A stretch of DNA of 64,000 nt from a virus (Duplodnaviria > Caudoviricetes), in IMG/VR virus record IMGVR_UViG_3300035208_001463, positions 1 through 64,000 of that record; one strand, 5' to 3'. How positions within the stretch are numbered: position 1 is the first letter of the stretch; every line of letters starts with the position of its first letter. The translations under genes and the position numbers were made by a program. The notes beneath the pieces are model-generated. The model had not been told where the DNA came from. It did no database searches and saw nothing but the letters and a program-made list of their open reading frames with translations. Shown here piece after piece: positions 62,477 through 64,000 of this stretch.

Positions 62477-62896
62477 TCAAACTTCCACAAATTTCCCATA
62501 CTTCTCCCCACTATCAGGTGGAAGATACACCTCTTCCAATTCTGGATACCCTACAATAATATTACCATTTTCAACACGCGCGGTATACGTGCACCTTTTC
62601 ACTTGCTCATGCCACGCTTGGTGACTTCGAAAATACAAAACATCCCCACGAGTTGTAACAACTTTGAGATTTGTTGGGTCTGTAGATCTCACTGTATAGG
62701 TGATAAATTCGGGATAATCGATGGGTGATGCTGTAACAACTGGCGCAACCGTGGATGTGGGAGTAGTAGTCTGATAAATAACCACCGTTTGTGGATTTGT
62801 TCGATCTACTACAATTCCAATACCACATGCTAGGATAAACCCTGCTATTAGGGTTATGGTGATGAGGTATGCGGCTCCAAGTAGTTTTTCTTTCAT
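62477..62896 (-). CDS. membrane-anchored protein with Thr/Pro linker
   Basis: N-terminal TM, TTTPTSTVAP. Confidence 0.6.
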   Translation of the reverse strand: MKEKLLGAAYLITITLIAGFILACGIGIVVDRTNPQTVVIYQTTTPTSTVAPVVTASPIDYPEFITYTVRSTDPTNLKVVTTRGDVLYFRSHQAWHEQVKRCTYTARVENGNIIVGYPELEEVYLPPDSGEKYGKFVEV

Positions 62897-62951
62897 AGAA
62901 TAATAGTATTGGGGATTAAAGTATAAATGGTTTGTGGTGTGTTATTTGGTA

Positions 62952-63581
62952 TTAAATAATATCCCCACCACAAGAAAGTATTGTTTTTGCTACTACATAT
63001 GTTTTAAATGCTTCAAATTCATCATCATATGTTCCCAAATTATATCTTTTTCCGTTATATGAAATTCTTGATTTCCATTTAGATGCATCCTTATTCCAAT
63101 ATACTCCTTTATATTGTGAGGTTTGTATTTCTTTTTGAATTTTATATGGGTTTTTACATGCTATATTATATGCATTGGCAGCGTCATCTTCTAAATCATA
63201 ATATCCCAAACTATTTTGTTTTCCATCTACTATAATTCTAGCGTACCATTTTTTATCACGTGAATGCCATACTACACCCGGATATTTTGATGTTTTTATT
63301 TGATGTCTATTCTGTGCGTTTTGTCTAGTAGTTACAATTCTCAAATTATATTTTTGATTGTTCAATCCGTTTCCATCAATATGATCTGTGAACATACCAT
63401 CTGGTATATATTTTAATACTTCTCGATGCATACGAATTATTTTTCTAGTTTTTGATTCCTTCCTCTCTGCGTATGATGTGTGTTCACGCACACGAGCACA
63501 CCATTTGTATTTATTTAACTCTTCAAAATCATCGTCATCAACTAGTGCAATTTTACCTTGCGTAAGTGGTATTTCTCTCAT
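62952..63581 (-). CDS. HNH endonuclease with two AP2 domains
   Basis: IPLTQGKIALVDDDD, DHIDGNGLNN...NLR, TSKYPGV.W and TSQYKGV.W AP2 repeats. Confidence 0.92.
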   Translation of the reverse strand: MREIPLTQGKIALVDDDDFEELNKYKWCARVREHTSYAERKESKTRKIIRMHREVLKYIPDGMFTDHIDGNGLNNQKYNLRIVTTRQNAQNRHQIKTSKYPGVVWHSRDKKWYARIIVDGKQNSLGYYDLEDDAANAYNIACKNPYKIQKEIQTSQYKGVYWNKDASKWKSRISYNGKRYNLGTYDDEFEAFKTYVVAKTILSCGGDII

Positions 63582-64000
63582 ATCTCATCCTCACAATATC
63601 CACAAAAACAACACCAATATTTTTCCACAACTCCGTTATTTCCCGGAACAAACATTCGGTACATGTTCCAGTGACAGTATGGGCAGAATTCTTCCGAATC
63701 ATGTTCCATCATTGTATTTTATTACCGCTTTAATAAGTTCCTTATCAAGTTCATCGGACTCCACATTACTATTTCCACCAATAACATGCAGCGCGTCTAT
63801 CTCTTCCATCATACACGAGATAAATTTTGCACAATTTGAACCATCGCATTTATAGCGTGGTTGGTGTGGGCATAATTTGTTAATGTATAAATCTGTGAGT
63901 TTCATTCTTTTTCTCATTCCTTTCTATGCTCAATAATAAATGCATCGTAGACTTCTCCTTCATTAAAATCGCAATCTTCTTCTGGAGGTATTTCGATTTC

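Noticed and set aside
1-64000. Head-tail morphogenesis module, reverse transcriptase/DGR, or stop-codon reassignment
   Set aside because: No terminase, portal, HK97 capsid or RT motifs seen, and conserved genes are open in the standard code; such genes could still lie outside the window

Overview
AT-rich (roughly one-third GC by eye), gene-dense 64 kb segment of a large dsDNA virus or extrachromosomal element with an archaeal host. Archaeal signals: BRE/TATA promoters, GGAGG/GAGGTG ribosome-binding sites, family B DNA polymerase, a tRNA without encoded CCA. A methanogen (Methanomicrobiales-like) host is an inference. Replication/recombination genes: NrS-1-like primase-polymerase with a P-loop domain, Sak4-like ATPase, DUF669 SSB, Cas4-like exonuclease, SF2 helicase, VRR-NUC, PolB and class II RNR. 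There are four DNA methyltransferases, an ibrAB-like pair and tRNA-Leu(CAA). Selfish elements: two LAGLIDADG inteins, five HNH genes, a tnpB-only IS200/IS605 element, and an ORF-less group I intron that splits the catalytic Cys codon of the RNR and appears to lack P8. No terminase, portal or tail genes are visible. Instead there is a two-helix hydrophobic protein resembling spindle-shaped virus capsid proteins, a membrane-protein cluster, a GT-C glycosyltransferase and an array of about 25 tiny, mostly basic proteins. A palindromic ACGCGT box follows the TATA box at about 14 promoters but is absent from the putative structural promoters, and (CG)n runs are strongly enriched. All family assignments come from motif recognition by eye; no database search was run.
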